Shown here one piece after another: positions 35,642 through 37,618 of a stretch of DNA of 37,618 nucleotides. This stretch comes from a virus (taxonomy: Duplodnaviria > Caudoviricetes). Location: positions 1 through 37,618 of the IMG/VR virus record IMGVR_UViG_3300020594_000163. The stretch is one strand, 5' to 3'. The translations under genes and the position numbers were made by a program. The notes below the pieces were generated by a model that saw only the letters and a program-made list of their open reading frames with translations, made no database searches and had not been told where the DNA came from. The stretch's first letter is position 1; each line of letters opens with the position of its first letter.

Positions 35642-35899
35642 TTATTTGGTGTCAATAGGTTTGGCAACAATGTTTGCCTTGGGGGCATTGAACTTAGCGT
35701 CAGGAGATGTGGGCGGCAAGGATAGGGCGTCAACGATGCTGCCGGGCTTGATGATGAGCTGCTGGTAGTGAGCTTGAGAGATCAGCACAAACGCAGGCTT
35801 GCCGCCTTCTGTGACGAATACCGGGGCTTCCTGGGATGCTTTCAGCGCGGCTTTAGGGTGCAGATCAAGCTCTTCAGTCGTGATTTCGTTGCTCATCAT
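35642..35899 (-). CDS. Phd/YefM-family antitoxin-like protein; no recognisable toxin adjacent
   Basis: APVFVTEGGKPAFVLIS...YQQL and SIVDAL pattern; GGAGGAG RBS. Confidence 0.75.
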   Translation of the reverse strand: MMSNEITTEELDLHPKAALKASQEAPVFVTEGGKPAFVLISQAHYQQLIIKPGSIVDALSLPPTSPDAKFNAPKANIVAKPIDTK

Positions 35900-35993
35900 G
35901 TTCTCCTCCTCCAGCTAAGAAGAGAAAGGATAGAACAGATTGATGTGCTGATCTAAACGTAACGGCAATGTTTATGGGAGTGACGAGGCAAGA

Positions 35994-36036
35994 CTAAATA
36001 TCTGCATAACCATTGATTAATTAAGCAGATATTTAG
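35994..36036. repeat. Perfect 12-bp inverted repeat with 19-bp spacer
   Basis: CTAAATATCTGC ... GCAGATATTTAG. Confidence 0.8.
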
Positions 36037-36057
36037 CTGACTTATCTGAAAATCTGG

Positions 36058-36387
36058 CTATTTTCTGATGATGTTGATCGCAACTTTGGTTCTTTCTTCT
36101 ACGCAGTCTGAAAACTGTTCGAGTAAATACTGATTACGTGCTGCGTAGCTTTTTCCAGCGACGTTTCTGGCTTTGCCCATCAATTTTGCGTACTCGTCAT
36201 GCTCAGAAATACGCTGCTCTATGGCGAGGAAGAGGCCACGGTCGAATAGATTGAATGTGTGCTGTGATGCTTCGATACGGGCGTCGCAGAGCCCTACAGA
36301 TGAGCGAACAAAGTCGTCTACGGGGGTTTCGACTGCCTGGGCTGCCAGAGGAAGGAGGAAGGGTAGAGCAAAGAGGTGGTAGCGCAT
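36058..36387 (-). CDS. Secreted/periplasmic hypothetical protein
   Basis: Signal peptide MRYHLFALPFLLPLAAQA; two Cys; AAGGA RBS. Confidence 0.75.
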   Translation of the reverse strand: MRYHLFALPFLLPLAAQAVETPVDDFVRSSVGLCDARIEASQHTFNLFDRGLFLAIEQRISEHDEYAKLMGKARNVAGKSYAARNQYLLEQFSDCVEERTKVAINIIRK

Positions 36388-36452
36388 GGTTTATCCTTTT
36401 TTATTGTTATTGGTGGATTTCGGAGGCCTTAGCCCGGCCTCCAGGGCTTGAG

Positions 36453-36800
36453 TCAGTCGTGGATGCCTACCTGGGTTAAGAAATCGCGGTGCTCGGGGCT
36501 ATCGCCGATGAATTCGAGAATCGTGTGCTGATCGTAGCCGTAAGAAACATAGCTGAAGACGGCCTGATCGGGATGAATGTCGGTGTCGTGTCGCTTCGAT
36601 GTGATGGTCTGGGTCAGATGAAGGTCATAAACCGGTATGTTCGGCTTGAAATAATCAGGCTCCGTATCTTTATCTGTGTACAGAATGTCAATCCGGAAGC
36701 TTTCTTTATGCAGCTTGCGATTTCTCAAGAGATCATACGTGCAATATGCGTATGTCTTGTCATCATTCAAATCAGTGTAAATTTTGAAATTCTTGATCAT
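36453..36800 (-). CDS. Hypothetical protein, 115 aa
   Basis: ORF preceded by an AT-rich tract. Confidence 0.6.
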   Translation of the reverse strand: MIKNFKIYTDLNDDKTYAYCTYDLLRNRKLHKESFRIDILYTDKDTEPDYFKPNIPVYDLHLTQTITSKRHDTDIHPDQAVFSYVSYGYDQHTILEFIGDSPEHRDFLTQVGIHD

Positions 36801-36944
36801 TTAGTATCGCAACGTTTTGTATGCTAATACACATATGTTATCAAAAATATTTTATAAAAACAATTGACAGCGGGGATAGATTGAAGCAGGAGCCGGGCGC
36901 AGGCAGAAAGAAAAGCGTGTACAAGTTCAACAGTTGGGAGGGCG

Positions 36945-36969
36945 AAAGAAATCCGGCTGGATGGCCGGA
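36945..36969 (-). terminator. Intrinsic terminator
   Basis: TCCGGC-CATCCA-GCCGGA followed by TTTCTTT, 11 bp after the upstream stop. Confidence 0.7.
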
Positions 36970-36980
36970 CATCTTGGATG

Positions 36981-37328
36981 TTACATAGTCATGCATTTAG
37001 CAAGATTTGAAATTTGGTTCTCAACGTCTTTGTACACAGCTTTGTTGTAAATGATGTTGTACGCATGAGCACCTGAGCCAGTTGACAGTGTTGCCGAGTG
37101 CTCATTGTGGCCCAGTGCTTTAGCAACAAGCGATTTGTAGTACGAAGATTTGATACTGATGGCGTGCGTTCTGTTGTCAATGTTGCCCTTGCCTTTTAAT
37201 CTGACAACTTCATGCGTTTTAGCTATATGGCTAATGACTTTTGCCAGGTTTTCACCACCTATCTTTTTGTGTATGACTTTCAGGTCGGCTTCAAAAGTGG
37301 TTACTGATGAGATGTTTTTTGCGTTCAT
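36981..37328 (-). CDS. Basic hypothetical protein, 115 aa
   Basis: AAGGA RBS, promoter cassette upstream, terminator downstream. Confidence 0.75.
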   Translation of the reverse strand: MNAKNISSVTTFEADLKVIHKKIGGENLAKVISHIAKTHEVVRLKGKGNIDNRTHAISIKSSYYKSLVAKALGHNEHSATLSTGSGAHAYNIIYNKAVYKDVENQISNLAKCMTM

Positions 37329-37376
37329 GTTATTAATCCTTTTTGTTGTTTTGATGAGAGCTTCTTTGCTTTCATG

Positions 37377-37495
37377 TTTATAGTATAACGTACTTTATTT
37401 AAGTTTTAACATGGGGAATGAAAATAATTGAATATTTTTAACAAGTGAGTGTTGTTGGGTTAGTTGTGCGGGAAATGTATAGGTGAAACTATTTT
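37377..37495 (-). repeat. Dispersed promoter-cassette repeat, copy B
   Basis: Matches 32822-32929; contains minus-strand TACGTTATACT -10 element. Confidence 0.85.
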
Positions 37496-37618
37496 TTTGG
37501 CAACAAAGGGTAAGCAGTTTTCATTATGGAGAGGTTGATTAACCGCCTGCCAAAATCATTGCTGCAACTTGCAGTGCAGTCTGTGTTTGCTTAATTCTTG
37601 ATGAGTATTTATTCATAA

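Larger units (their letters stand above)
1..37618. mobile_element. Part of a siphovirus-type phage or phage-plasmid carrying a mobilisation module
   Basis: Near-complete virion gene set contiguous with mobC/relaxase and umuDC; no host housekeeping gene; promoter motifs shared across both halves. Confidence 0.75.

Noticed and set aside
36820-36845. XerC/D dif-like site (TATGTTA core)
   Set aside because: Only part of the XerD arm matches and there is no XerC arm at the right spacing
36881-36988. 35-aa plus-strand ORF containing GAGRK
   Set aside because: TTG start, short, and overlaps the terminator and stop of the opposite gene
37539-37618. Possible 3' end of a minus-strand gene (…NKYSSRIKQTQTALQVAAMILAGG*)
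   Set aside because: Too little sequence at the window edge to support a call

Overview
The window holds most of the late region of an HK97-fold, long-tailed (siphovirus-type) phage on the minus strand (about 10.7-34.9 kb: terS/terL, tail fibre module, portal, protease, capsid, neck, tail tube, frameshifting chaperone, tape measure, split lysis genes). It is joined without a visible integrase or att site to a plasmid-like accessory region (1-10.7 kb) carrying a candidate oriT, mobC, a MOB-P-type relaxase, a T7 endonuclease I-like nuclease, a metallophosphoesterase, a LexA-boxed umuD-X-umuC operon (umuC split by one in-frame amber codon) and a YafO-type toxin pair. The simplest reading is a mobilisable phage-plasmid; a Pseudomonas-like gammaproteobacterial host is my inference. 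The most striking signals are: (i) six dispersed genes resembling toxin-antitoxin antitoxins or antitoxin halves with no cognate toxin, including an unannotated 57-aa stand-alone C-terminal domain (7242-7415), suggesting an anti-TA counter-defence set; (ii) a promoter- and terminator-bounded structured RNA of about 165 nt (3583-3746, minus) containing an anti-Shine-Dalgarno motif; (iii) two inverted morons inside the virion operon (an OLD-type ATPase-TOPRIM nuclease and a lipoprotein); (iv) repeated promoter cassettes and AANAANAA leaders. All family assignments come from motifs recognised by eye; no database search was run.
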